Source: Octopus sinensis (taxonomy: Eukaryota). From it: a stretch of DNA of 64,000 nt. Of the stretch, positions 1 through 13,037 are shown in pieces. The notes beneath the pieces were generated by a model, which was not told the DNA's origin, did no database searches, and worked only from the letters and a program-made list of their open reading frames with translations. The translations under genes and the position numbers were made by a program. Location: NCBI RefSeq assembly GCF_006345805.1, contig NC_042997.1:10726001-10790000 (forward strand), read 5' to 3'. Position 1 is the stretch's first letter, and the number at the start of each line of letters is the position of its first letter.

Positions 1-309
1 ATGCTTATATATACATATACGTACGTACACAACAAAACAGGTTCGATCTACTGTACATTCAGTGAAATATTGTATTTATGGGGTGGAATTCCGTCAATGA
101 CAGTATTGTAGATTTATGACGAAATTTTGACACTTCATAATTTTTGTAATACATACTACCAGAAAATAAGACAAAAACGAGTACATCGGTTTGTATGCAG
201 GTTTTCAACTGGCTAACATGATTGTTCTACAGTGTAATTGTTTGTTTCAACGAACGATCTTGGATCAAGTTTCTTGGCAAACAAATATATACAACACCGA
301 AATGAGCAT

Positions 310-525
310 ATGTATGTATGCGTGTATGTATGTATGTATGCATGTATGTATGCATGTATGCATGCATGCATGCATGCATGCATGTATGCATGTATGCATG
401 TATGCATGTATGTATGTATGTATGTATGTGTGTATGTGTGTATGTGTGTATGTGTGTATGTGTGTGTGTGTGTATGTGTGTGTGTATGTGTGTGTGTGTG
501 TATGTGTCTGTGTGTATGTGTGTGT

Positions 526-564
<39 letters not shown>

Positions 565-698
565 TGTATGTGTGTGTGTGTATGTGTGTGTGTATGTGTG
601 TGTGTGTATGTGTGTGTGTGTATGTGTGTGTGTATGTGTGTGTGTATGTGTGTGTGTATGTGTGTGTGTATGTGTGTGTGTGTATGTGTGTGTGTGTA

Positions 699-733
<35 letters not shown>

Positions 734-973
734 ATGTAGGTAGGTAGGTAGGTAGGTAGGTAGGTAGGTAGGTAGGTAGGTAGGAAGGTAGGTAGGTAGG
801 TAGGTCGATACATACACAGACAGTCAGGCAGACACACGCATACGTAGATACATACATACATAAGTAGACAGACAGACAGACAGACGGATGAATGGGTAGA
901 TGGATGGGTAGATGGATGGATGGATTGGTAAACAGACAGGCAGACAGGTAGGTAGGTAGATAAATAGAAAGAC

Positions 974-1068
<95 letters not shown>
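310..1068. repeat. Compound microsatellite (TATG/CATG)n-(TG/TA)n-(TAGG)n-(CAGA)n-(TGGA)n-(TAGA)n
   Basis: Directly visible consecutive di- and tetranucleotide arrays; source of the spurious MYVC/HTYI/YLSI ORFs. Confidence 0.97.
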
Positions 1069-1069
<1 letters not shown>

Positions 1070-1515
1070 GTCTTGACTAAATTTACTTCATCCATTCATT
1101 CTTTTTATAACTTCTTAAGGCACAATGACCAAAACAAGGAACTAATTATTTCAATGAACAAAAAAACAACAGAAAATTAATTAAACACAAAAGAAATCAA
1201 AACAAAGATAAAAAAAAGTAATAAAGAATGGTTTTTGTTTAAAAAGAAAAAGAAAAACAACACGTGAAAACTTTTGGGTCTTTTTTTTTTTAAATAAGTA
1301 AAAATAACAACATAATTAACAAAATGTTTGTTTTTTTTTTCTTTTTTTATAAAAAAATAAAATGTTTGTATAGAAAATATCAACAGGATCGACTATACAC
1401 AAGCACACACACACGCACATATTTATATATACATACATAGATATACATCCAGAGATGTATGCACATGTGGGCTTACATAATTATATATATATTAACATGT
1501 GTATATATATAGTAG

Positions 1516-1585
<70 letters not shown>

Positions 1586-1883
1586 ATTATATATCTGCTA
1601 TATATGTTTATGCGTGTATATGTGCGTGTATCTGTATTTCTATATTGTGCAAAACTTTAGATGCAGCCGTGTTTGTTGACAGTGTACAAAATACAAATGT
1701 GCCAGTGAGTGGAAGGTCGCGGTGACGATGTATATATGTATTACTCTCTTCTCTTTTCTCTCGTTATATTTCTTGTTTTTTTTTCTTTCTTTTTATTTTT
1801 CTTCTTTTTTTTTTTTTTTTTTTACTCCACATAATAATTATTAATAGCAATGGAATTTAAAGAGTAACTTCGCGTCTACGTAC

Positions 1884-2286
1884 CCTCGGGTGTATCCATT
1901 CGGTAACTACACTGCGCTGATTGTCTGGAAAGTTTTTCATTGTTCATTTTGTTTTGACTGAAACGTTTCCTTACCACATTCGACACGATATGGCCAAATC
2001 GCCAATGTCGATTAAATACAAAGAAAAGAATCACTAATCCAAGAATTAGGAAGACAAATACGATCACAGTAATAGTGGTGGTATGGTGGTTCTCCTGGAA
2101 GTGCCCCTTAGGCGGTGGCATGCACTGCTTTAGATAGAACTGCCAACAGCTGCTGTTGCGTAGCTTCTTAATGAATGTCTGGTTAAACCAAATTGGAATA
2201 TCCGGCGGTTTCATTTTACAGTAAGGACGCGCAAATGTTTCAAGCCCCACAACAACAGCCGCCTCACACGAGGGATTTAGAGCCAT
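1884..2286 (-). CDS. Probable first coding exon of a single-pass type III (N-exo, no signal peptide) membrane protein, 134 aa + phase-1 intron; remainder of gene off-window to the left
   Basis: Non-repetitive open frame MALNPSCEAA...DTPE. Start context AAAACCATGG, in-frame TAA 12 nt upstream, acceptor tatttttAG at 2318-2317, donor GG|GTACGT at 1884|1883. Cys at 7, 23, 47, 55; sequons NQT and NSS; hydrophobic helix aa ~72-91 (ITVIVFVFLILGLVILFFVF) followed by basic RHWR..RKR. Confidence 0.6.
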
Positions 2287-2407
2287 GGTTTTCAATTACC
2301 TTCTATCTTGACTGGTCTAAAAATATAATGTATATAAATGTAAATATATGAACACACATACAGGTATATGTATATGTATATACACACATAGAAGTATATG
2401 TATATAC

Positions 2408-2456
<49 letters not shown>

Positions 2457-3589
2457 ATTATATATATATGACCGTGACTATATGTTTGGGAAAATGCACG
2501 AAAAGAAGTACATGTGTGGTTGCATGAAGGCAAAGAACGAAAGACAAAAACAGAAAGAAGGCTGATCGTACAAAATACAGAGAATATATATATATGTACG
2601 TGTACGTGTGAGTGTGTGAGTGTGTTTATGTGTAGGTTTGTGCGGGTGCGTGGATGAATGGATGGATGGATGGATTAGAGAAGAATAAAAAGTGGGAAGA
2701 AAAGACGAGACAAGATTAGGGGAAAGGTAGGAGTTATTGGTGATATACACCAATTAAGTGATGGTAGATAGGTAAGAAGACTTCACTAAAATGCCCGCTG
2801 GCTTTTTTCCTGACGTTAAGTATTTCTCCAGAGTTATGTGCAACAACTGAAAGTCACGTAGTTGAGGGGTATAAACAGTAAGCTGACAACATCGGTTGTC
2901 CAGTTTGGTGGACAAACATAGTTGAATAATCGCACATGTAAGCGAAGTTTACCATAACGCTTCGCCACCAACAGAGTGAGAGAGAGTTCTCTGTCTAACT
3001 GCTGTGGTTGTAAGACCAACTTAAACGATGTGTACACACAGATAAATTCAATATTTTAGAAACGTTCACACATGTATTTATATGCAAGCATATATACATC
3101 CATATATATATATATACACACACACACACATATATATATATGTATGTGTGAGTGCGTGTGTATTTATGTATGAATGTATGTATGTGTGAGTGTCTGTTTG
3201 TTTGTGTACGTGTGATAGATATAGGGATAGAAAGAGGGAATGTTTACGGTTGGGGCAGTCGATGATATGTACAGACAAATATGTACAAACACACACGCGT
3301 ATGAATGTAACGCGCGCGTATATGAGAGAGAGAGACAGAGATAGACAGAGAGGCAGAGAGAATGTGTTTATAATTACATTATGTATGTATACAGTTATAT
3401 TATGTATGTATATGTTATACCTTCACACAGTTGTATATTATATCACTTCACCCAGGTATGTACACATTTGTCCACTTGTGTTCAAACTAGACTGGTTGTA
3501 AATAACAGCTCCGAAACATAGACGTAGTCAAGATGTTTACAAATGGCTCGACTCCTCTCATTTCATCCGTGTTTCGCTTTGAGGAAATA

Positions 3590-3597
3590 CACACTCT

Positions 3598-3633
<36 letters not shown>

Positions 3634-3870
3634 TCTCTCTCTCTCTCTATTTCTGTCTCTTTCGACTCCCCTCTCTCTCTCACTCTCGCTAACACACACA
3701 CACACACACTGTCACCCTTAATTTCTCTTTCGCCTTCACTTCTTTACTCGCTCCATCATTCACTCAGTTTCTCATAGTCGGACTAGTTCACGCTGCACCT
3801 CCGTCTCACCGTTTCTCTTCCTCTTTCTCTCTCATTTTTCATCTTTCTATCTCTATGTCTCTCTCTTACT

Positions 3871-3906
<36 letters not shown>

Positions 3907-4145
3907 ACATACACACACACACACACACTCTCGCACTATCTCTCTCAATATCTGCCTCTCCGCCTCTCCCGCTTTTTATTGTTTGTATGTGTATGAGTGG
4001 TGTATACGCATGTGTGACTATAGATATATGTGAGTGTGTGTGTGTGTGTTTGTGTCCGTATACGTTGTCTGTCTGTCTGTATGTATGTATGTATGTATGT
4101 ATATGTATATGTATTATACACACACACATACACACGCACTCACAC
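3590..4145. repeat. (CT)n/(CA)n/(TG)n low-complexity tract
   Basis: Visible dinucleotide arrays. Confidence 0.9.
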
Positions 4146-4399
4146 ACGTAAGCAAATAGATGGTGGGAAGTGGAGAAAGAATTACTCGAACAGCAAAGGT
4201 AAAGTCTGAGGTTTCATAGAAGCTGCGAAACTTCACAAAGTGTTACTCAGAGTAACTGGTCAACAGACAGAAGTGAACCTTTGTCAACAACACAGTTTAT
4301 AAATGGTTTATAAATGTTTATAAACAGTGTAGTGATAATCATTTGAGAAATCACCAAGTAAACACTGAGAACTGAGAGGACTGGAGTTAAGACTTTTCA

Positions 4400-4494
4400 A
4401 TTATATATATCTATATATATATATATATATATAATATATATATGTATGTATATATGTATATATTATGTATGTTCATATTTATATGTATATATAT

Positions 4495-4563
<69 letters not shown>

Positions 4564-4830
4564 TTATATTATTTTATATATATATATTTATATATACATA
4601 TATATATATATCCTTTTAAGTTCGGTCACGGGAAACATTTTTGCGTATGCATATAAAAGCTCCTGAGCTCCTGTGTTATGTCAGTTACGGGCTAGTCATT
4701 CCAAATTCATCCATGGCTTATTATCATTATTATTATTATCTTTATCATTATTATTATTATATTATTCATTATATCATTATTATTATTATTTTATATTATT
4801 ATTATATTTTTATTATTATTATTATTATTA

Positions 4831-4888
<58 letters not shown>

Positions 4889-4950
4889 ATATTATTATAT
4901 TATTATTATTATATTATATTATTTATATATTATCATTATTATTATACACA
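4400..4950. repeat. (TA)n followed by (TAT/CAT)n microsatellites
   Basis: Visible arrays. Confidence 0.95.
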
Positions 4951-5944
4951 CACACACCTAGCGAGTATCGCGTCGTTGCCGTGTGATTTTTACAATCGAA
5001 TGTCTTTCAGAACAACACATCCTGATAAGTTGGATTTTTGCCGTTTTGACGGGGTTTTTCCAGATGGTGGGGTGGGGAATTTTTTAAATGAAAACAATAC
5101 TTTTTTTAATTTATGAATCCCCCTTCCTTGACTTCCAGACCGATTCTGTCCTTTTTTTTTTTTTTATTCCTCAACGCACTTAAAAAACAGTGGGAGGCGT
5201 CTTTTCGGTAAAAAAACCAATTTTGAAAATTAATGAATTTTTTCAAACACTGAATACTGAATTTAACCAATTTTTTTTTTCTGACACGAAGCACTTAAAA
5301 ATGATGGAAGAAACCTTGAAGATTAACAAACTAATTTTTGGAAATTGGCGATCACCATTACAATCCCCCACTTCCTTTGTTTTGAAACAGAAAATAAAAT
5401 GTAACTTAAGCAATAGTGAAATCTTTTTTTAATTTTTGCATTAACCCCACCCATCCATAAATCCTAAAATTTCGGCTTTTTTTTTGTGTCTTTTTAATTA
5501 TCGTTTAAAATACGAACAGCCTGCGTCGTTTTAAAATACGGACAATTTGTTTCTGTTTATAAATTCAATATAATTTTTAGACGAAAAGGTGTGTGATTTA
5601 AGGGAGGTTTAGCTGTTGTTTCTAAAACATCCCCTGCCCAACTGGTACCTTCCTCGTTTTTTTGTCACTGTAACATGTATTGCTGCTTTTCAATATTTTT
5701 CTCCCCATAAACATTTTATAAGCAAAAACAAAAAGTTTGTAATTTAAAATTTTAACGTCTATACCGCATCAACCGAGTCCGTGTGTGTGTGTGTACGTGT
5801 ACGTGTGTGTGGTTGTGAGTAAGAAAAAACATATTTATTCACAGAAAGTATGCTATTAAAATAAACTTTTACATCTCTTTTTAGAATCACCCTGTCGACC
5901 TTACACACACTGACAAACACACACACACACAGACATACACACAC

Positions 5945-6160
5945 TCAGTCATCAGACTGCAGCAGAGCTGGGGCACCGCCTCGAAGAATTTTAGTCGAAT
6001 GAATCGAACATATGTACGATGGGCTTCCTTCAGTTTCCGACTACCAAATCCACTCACAAGGTTTTGGCCGGCTATAGTAGAAGACACTTACCCACCTAAA
6101 TGTCACGAAGTGATAGTTAACCCGGAACCATGCAGCAGCGAAGAGAAACTTCTAACTCCA
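5945..6160 (-). mobile_element. tRNA-derived SINE, family B, internally deleted
   Basis: Shares GCACCGCC..TTTAGTCGA and CCAAATCCACTCACAAG..GCTATAGTAGAAGACACTT blocks with the fuller copies at 34905, 52545 and 57225. Confidence 0.75.
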
Positions 6161-6336
6161 CAACATTTATTAGATATTATATTCTATATATTATATATAA
6201 TACATTATGATTGAAAATGTGATAGTTACTTTCCTATCAACTTTCAAATTACAAATATATCTCTTTCGCTGATCGTTTCGTATATGGTTCTATAACGCAT
6301 ATTTTTATCGTTGTATAGCATACACCAATATATATG

Positions 6337-6579
<243 letters not shown>

Positions 6580-7159
6580 ACATATTCATACATATAAGTA
6601 GCAAATGAAAGACGGAAGATGGAATATACGAGAACTTATTAATCACAACAATTGTTTTGAGACATCTAGCATCGATTCCTCTTGGGTGTGGAACTCAACA
6701 ACTAGTTCAGGAGCATCCAGTGGTGCAGATGTATCTCGTCCGGTGATAAATATATACAACTCGTTAAAATGACTGTTCCGCAATGTAACTTTCCGTTTTG
6801 TAGAAACAAAAACAACCAGGCGGAGGAAATATCTTCATTTATTTAGAAGATCAAAAGTAAAATCACGGATGACAAAAAGAGAAACGAACACGCAATCCGG
6901 CGAGAAAAGTATTAAAAATATCCGTTAGCAGGTATGGATGTACAAACGCCCTCGGGCAAGCTGCATGGCGCGAGTACACTCGCTCAAACATGCATCCGCA
7001 AAAATGTGTGCATACGCACACGTAAGGTTTGGTGTACTCATGATCACAAAGCTAGTTATTTATCATCTTGGTATTTATAAGAAAGGGGAGATTTAAAAGT
7101 AAACCATACTTTTAAAAGTCATCCATACCTTAAAGTAAATTAAGTTAAATTAACGGTTA

Positions 7160-7843
7160 CTCAAAATTCATTCTCATTGCATTGTGCGAATGTACATTTA
7201 TATGCGTGTATCCATCTCGAGAGTAGTTCAGAAATTCTATTATCTTCTCGTTAATCCACAGAAGAGACGGGGATCCCTCGGAGCAGAGACGGCAGCTCCT
7301 GGACATTATATTGTATGGTTTCGCATACCTTACTATGGACCAATTCATGTTGTACTTCGTTTTATCCTCCTTCAGTCGTCATACAAAATCTGCCAAAGAT
7401 GTTGAACGTCTCTTATTTTTTGGTAACATGGTTGCAATAACGATTCTTAAATGAATCAGCCGTCTGTCCAATGTAGACATACGCCCTCCTTTCGTGTGCA
7501 CGGTACATTTATATACAAGATTAGTACTCATACAGAGATTCATCAAAGGACATTTTGATTTTTCTCTGCATGAGCATTTATCGTATTTATTTGTATATAA
7601 AGTAGTCTCGACTCCATTTACCGGCGTTGTTACTGTGCTAGCTGTATAATAAGTATTTCTACTCCTACAAATTGGTCGTAGTTGGTGTTTATCAATGTGG
7701 TTTACATCTCTTTGGTTGGTATTTAGATGCAAATATTCGCTAGATCCAGTAGGTGGGTTATTGAATCTTTGCCGCATTTTACTATTGTTAATGCGATGCA
7801 TAAGCTGCTCTAAATTAGCAGTGTTGGCGTAGGATACCTTCAT
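7160..7843 (-). mobile_element. Penelope-like element (PLE), C-terminal GIY-YIG endonuclease region, frameshifted
   Basis: KVSY..., CSCREKSKCPL..LC.S.NLVYKCTV, KRRSTSLADFV, WSIVRYAKPYN..SRSCRLC match the typical PLE C-terminal Cys-rich/GIY-YIG region. Confidence 0.85.
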
Positions 7844-7846
7844 GGT

Positions 7847-8047
7847 GTGTCGATTAAAAATAGCATGATGCCGATTAGATTTAGGAAAAACATGTGTTTG
7901 AAAAGATCTGCAAACTCAAACTTTCCATCAAACCATATGGAATCAAACATTACGAATGAAGAACAAAATGTATTGGCATGTCTACAGAAAGATTCTTTTA
8001 TAATCATTAAAGAAACTGACGGTCAAGGAACGAAAATATTTGAATAG
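7847..8047 (+). mobile_element. PLE pre-RT fragment, inverted relative to the adjacent endonuclease piece
   Basis: SNITNEEQNVLACLQKDSFIIIKETD resembles the PLE NLT.EE..AL..L..D..IIIK.ADKG motif; close direct copy at ~10710-10850. Confidence 0.8.
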
Positions 8048-8310
8048 GGGCAGCACTGGTACTTGCTGCTTACACTGGGACGGACTAGCGTCCAATACAC
8101 CTCGAAAATCCAGATGAACTAGCCCCCATGAGCTTGTCGAGGCAGACGTGAATATATATATTTACGTGTGCATTCATACACATATATGTGTGTGTGTGTG
8201 TGTGTTTATATATGTATATGTATGTATGTATATATATATTTATACACACACATACATGTTATACACAGACACACATACACACACATGTATATAAATATAT
8301 GTATATGTAT

Positions 8311-9468
8311 ATTTATTAAAACAAAAGCAGGATTGAACAATTATATAATCTTTCTACATTGTCTCCTTATTTTTCGATGCACTTGTTCCAGCAGTCCACA
8401 AGCTTGTTTCTTCCATCGGAGAAGGTTTTCAGTCGGTTGTGCAGTTATGTATGCACTGCTTACTGCACTTCGTCCATAGCAAATCAACGACTTCGTAAAG
8501 GATGCAACGGTCCAAGGAGGTGACAGTCGGAAGGGGCGAGAACTGGATTGTATGCAGGATATTCCATCAACTCGAAACCTAATTTTCAACCGTGAGCGTG
8601 CTTTGTCGTGCTTGCTTTGACAATAGACATTGGCGTTTGGTGTGAATTGTTGATTTCAGTTTATTGGACGGTTTTGTATTGTAGCCCACACTGGTGCCTG
8701 TAGACCTTTTTCCAGGTAATTTTCCAAAGTAAGCCCTTCTGCATCCCCAAAAACGGTTAACATCACTCTTTCTGCGGAAGGTTGAGCCTTGAATTTCTTT
8801 TTCGCTGGCGATACTGGGAATTTCCATTCCATACTCTCCCTTTTGAATTCTGGTTCAAACTGATGGACCTAGGTCTCATCTCCCGCAACTATTCTCTCCT
8901 AAAAAAGTTTCACCTTCATCGTTGCAGCGGTCGAGTAAGCGTTGACGGATCTTTACACGGTTGCGCTTATGCGCTCCGGCAGCCTCTCTTGGCAACTATC
9001 TCGCACAGACTTTATGGAAGCGAAGCTTGTTGTGGATGATTTCGTTTGCAGAACCATGACTGATTTGCAGGGAACATGCTGCCTCAACGATGGTCATTTA
9101 TCGGTTCACCAGCTCTATCCCTTGAGCTTGTTGAATCAACATCTCAGTGGTGCAGGTTGATGAGTGTGCTGCTCCTTCGTCGCGCTTCATGCTTGTCCAG
9201 CCATTTTTGAACTTTTGGAGCCATTCATATGCGGTAGAGTGCTACTGTCTACATATTGTACTGTAAACCCGAAATGAATTTCGCCCTCTAACCAAGGTAA
9301 CTGACCTTTATTCTTCCTTGGTGTCCACTGCCAGCGGAGAGGCCATGCTTACTTTGTAACATAAGAATGAAAACCGGAGTGCTCAATGTCAAACCTCAGT
9401 TACGTAACCACTAGCGAGCGGTCAACCTAAAGAAGGTTTTAACGTAAGTGCGGATATTATTTTATTTC

Positions 9469-9470
<2 letters not shown>
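8311..9470 (-). mobile_element. Mariner transposon, decayed near-full-length copy
   Basis: ATG at 9346 reads MASPLAVDTKEE..; later EWLQKFKNG, K.QGSTF/AQPSAGKV-like block, KLKSTIHTKR and WNKCIE..GD.VEK end near 8350. Many stops and frameshifts; TIRs not recognisable, microsatellites on both sides. Confidence 0.85.
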
Positions 9471-9519
<49 letters not shown>

Positions 9520-9531
9520 GCGCGCGCGCGT
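9471..9531. repeat. (TG)n(CG)n alternating purine-pyrimidine tract
   Basis: Visible array; Z-DNA-prone composition. Confidence 0.95.
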
Positions 9532-9899
9532 TTACAAATCATACTTGATAAAGTCACAACGTTTAAAGAAAGATTCTTTTTAAGCCGATTTAAATTATTT
9601 TTAAAAATAACAGAATGACACAAACTTTTGGAGAAGAAGTTTCCTTATATTGCGTGTTTTCTATGTAAGCGCCTTCGATTTTCAGCTTTTCAAACACAGG
9701 TGTTTTGGGCTAATCCATATAGAAATTGTTTCAGGTAATGGTGTTGACTATTTCAAGTTTAGTTTCGGATTTAGAATTCTTATAACACATTTTTCTTTTG
9801 CTTTTTTTTTTTTTTGTTGATAATTTTCGTCTTTTATTTTGTAAAAGATAAAAGATGAAAATTATCAAGAAAATTATCAAAGAAATAAATGATGAAAAT

Positions 9900-11380
9900 T
9901 ATCAAAGAAAACATTTTGAATCTTCCACTTGCACAAAATACGAACAAAGTTACAGAGCAAAATTAGTGAAAACTAAAAATAAAACCGACATAATTTGATA
10001 ACAACAAAAACAACCAAATCTCCTTCCGTACTAATTTACAAGTCAAATCTAAAAATAATCTAAGGATGACAACTCATATTTTCCCATATGCTGATATTAT
10101 TAAAGATATATGTGAATTTAATAACACATATCACAAACCTAACCACCACAAAAGTCATCCAAGCAATAACATTGTAAAAACAAGCCAAAATAGGGCGTCA
10201 AACCAAAGAAAACACACTATGAAGAGGCCAGCATACCAATATAGAAATAAAAATAGAAGGACAGATCAAAATAAATAATCAAAACAAAGAAAATTTAAGA
10301 TCGTAAAGGTAAGTTGTACAACAACTGAACAACTTCCTTCCAACAAAATCGAATAACTATAAGCGAGAGTCCCAATAGCTCACAATGCAAGAAACGTTTT
10401 TTAGGGCTCATGATTTCCAAACAGAAAGAAAGAAACCTGTAATGACACAAAAGGTCAAGGAAGTATTGAACAATTGATCCAAAAGTGGTAAACATCTCAC
10501 AGGAAACCTCATGTAAATGAAATAAAAAATTTCTGAAATATTGACTTAAATTCATACCAGCTCTCAAACTTGACACCGCAGATCTTATAATAGATACTAA
10601 GGAACTTTGTAGAGATCTTCATTACGGGAGTTTTTCCAAAGGAAATATGATGAAGAGCCATCACTTGTGAAAAAATAAAGAAAAGAAACCGGCATAAGCT
10701 TTTAGAGGAATACATGTATTTGAAAAGATCTGCAAACTCAAACTTTCCATCAAACCATATGGAAACAAACATTACGAATGAAGAACAAAAAGAATTGGTA
10801 TGTATACAGAAAGATTCTTTTATAGTCATTAAAGGAACTGACAAAGGACAGTCCATTGTAATAATGGAAAGACCCAATACAAGGAAATGGTCTTAGAAAA
10901 CTAAATAACCAACATTTCAAGAAAAATTAGAAACTAATACAGATAAACGAACAATGAATAGAATTGGCAAATTAACTGACAAATTAGAAAGTGATTCAAT
11001 GAAAAAGGAATAGAATTACCTCAACTAATAACAAGTAACTTTGATGGACTTCCAAAGACCACATATCTAAAGAAATCAATAACAGCTTATAGAGCCTCTG
11101 TACACCATATGTAAAAATTTCCAAGCTATCGGATCCAAAATTAAGTTCAATTGTTGCAGGGTCAGCATTAACATCCAACGATTAAACAATTTTCGTGACA
11201 TAAATTTCAATACTTTGTGCAAATTGGTTCTTATTTTCATCAAACCATGTTTCAGAAAGAGTAGACAAAGATACCATCCTGGTACCTTTACGTAACCACT
11301 CACTACACAAGTCTCCCTCATGGATTAGGATTAGAAGCAGTAGAATTCTGGATAGCAGAATTAGAAGCAGTAGAGTTCAA
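9900..11380 (+). mobile_element. PLE N-terminal + reverse transcriptase remnant
   Basis: KVVNISHRK..LKFIPALKLDTADLIIDTKELCRDL, TDKGQSIVIM, GLPK, PKLSSIVAGS, and D.ILV.F..T.LYTSLPH.LGLEAVEFWI motifs across frameshifts. Confidence 0.8.
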
Positions 11381-11384
11381 CAGT

Positions 11385-11645
11385 GGCTCCACGAAATTTT
11401 ATATATACAACACTGGACTGTTTTCCTCTGCTTCGATACAGTCCTGGCAACTGTTGAAACTTTTCCCACCCTTTCTTCAGGACAAGTACACTCTTATGGT
11501 GGAAGGCTCCGTGTATTGCCAGCATTTTTATGGTATTGGTATCCATTTTCTTCATTTCTCTCTTTTGCCATTTTATAATGCCCGCTCTATACCGAAATGA
11601 TGTTATCGCCTACATATTAACTGCTTGGATTTTATTCCATTCAGT
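11385..11645 (-). mobile_element. R4/Dong-clade non-LTR retrotransposon fragment (post-RT thumb region)
   Basis: NKIQAVN..AI.SFRYRAGIIKW...MKKMD..T.KML.IHGAFHHKS resembles R4-clade NKI.AIN..A....RY..GII.W...LD..TRK.L..H..H.KSD. Confidence 0.7.
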
Positions 11646-11647
11646 CA

Positions 11648-11829
<182 letters not shown>

Positions 11830-12945
11830 CAACTTCTTTCAATTCTGTTTCCATTTCTTGCCGAGTTTCTTCCTAGGACAGAGAAACGCACTGTGTATAT
11901 TGATATGTCATTAGAATAAATACACCAGATTATTCATTTACAAAGCCATGTGATAGAGAAAAAGAGGAAGAAAGACAGAGTAAAAGGAAAAAATAAAATA
12001 TAAAAAGGTAAACAAAGAAAATAAAAGGTTAAAAAGAAAGAAAATTCACAGCAACAATGCTCTTCTCAATATATGTGACTTACTAGTTAAGACAATCTTT
12101 TGCATTTCCTGCATGAATGGTAAGCCAGGGACATTCTTAAAAAATTTTCAGTTTCCTTTTTGATCATTGTAATTGCTCCTACAATCACTGGTATTGCAAT
12201 TGTCTTGAGTTGTCACATCTTTTCGATTTCGATGAGCAAATCTTTATATATTCTAAGTTTATCAAATTCTTTTGCCGAGATATTATGGCCACTGGGTATG
12301 CTCATGTCAATCAATAAACAGACTTTATTGTTTTGGTCTTTCACAAGTATATTTGGTTTATTTGCTTTGATGTTCCGCTCTGTACATACTGGGTAGTCGC
12401 GAAGAATCGTTACATTTTCTCCCTCGGTTACAGCCTCAGGGTGTTGCTTATACCATTTGTCAGTAGTTTTGATTGTATAATGCCGACACATTATCCAGTG
12501 TCGATACTGGCCAAATCTGTCATGTCTTGATTTGTACTCCACAGGTGTTAAAAACTTACACCCAGAGATTAGGTGGTACACTGTTTCAATCCCATTGTAG
12601 CAGTATCGGCACTTTGGGTCAACACCATTTTTCATCACATTGGCTTGATAGTTCCGGGTCAATGAGCTCTGATCTTGAGCAGCCAAAATAAAGCCTTCGC
12701 TCTCTGCCTTTAGCCCTGAGCTCCGTAGCCACTGACGGTTGTGCTTCTGGTCTACATCAGCTTGTTTGCTACGGGCTACATATTTGCCATGAAGAGGTTT
12801 TTGTTCCCACCTATCAACCAATTGTTCAAATACATTTTGCTTTGCTTTTGATTTAGCTTTCTTTACAACTACAGTTGCTGCGCTTCCATCATGCTGTTCA
12901 ACCTGGGTACTATGCATAAACTTGATTGAAAATTTTTTGCTCTCC
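11830..12945 (-). mobile_element. 5'-truncated R4/Dong-clade retrotransposon: CCHC knuckle + restriction-like endonuclease + 3' UTR
   Basis: KPLHGKY, LKAESEGFILAAQDQ, CRYCYNGIETVYHLISGC (CX2CX8HX4C), RHD, KPNILVKD (catalytic PD changed to PN), LIDMSIP, KLRIYKDL; ends SHILRRALLL-stop at 12048-12046; (AAT)n on the sense strand on both sides. Confidence 0.9.
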
Positions 12946-13034
<89 letters not shown>

Positions 13035-13037
13035 GTC

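Noticed and set aside
191-1095. Long ORFs of 140-276 aa (MYVC/HTYI/YLSI repeats), and equivalents at 19.1, 22.2, 30, 33.7, 35.5, 46.3, 48.8 and 53.4 kb
   Set aside because: Pure translations of di- and tetranucleotide microsatellites, open in several frames and on both strands.
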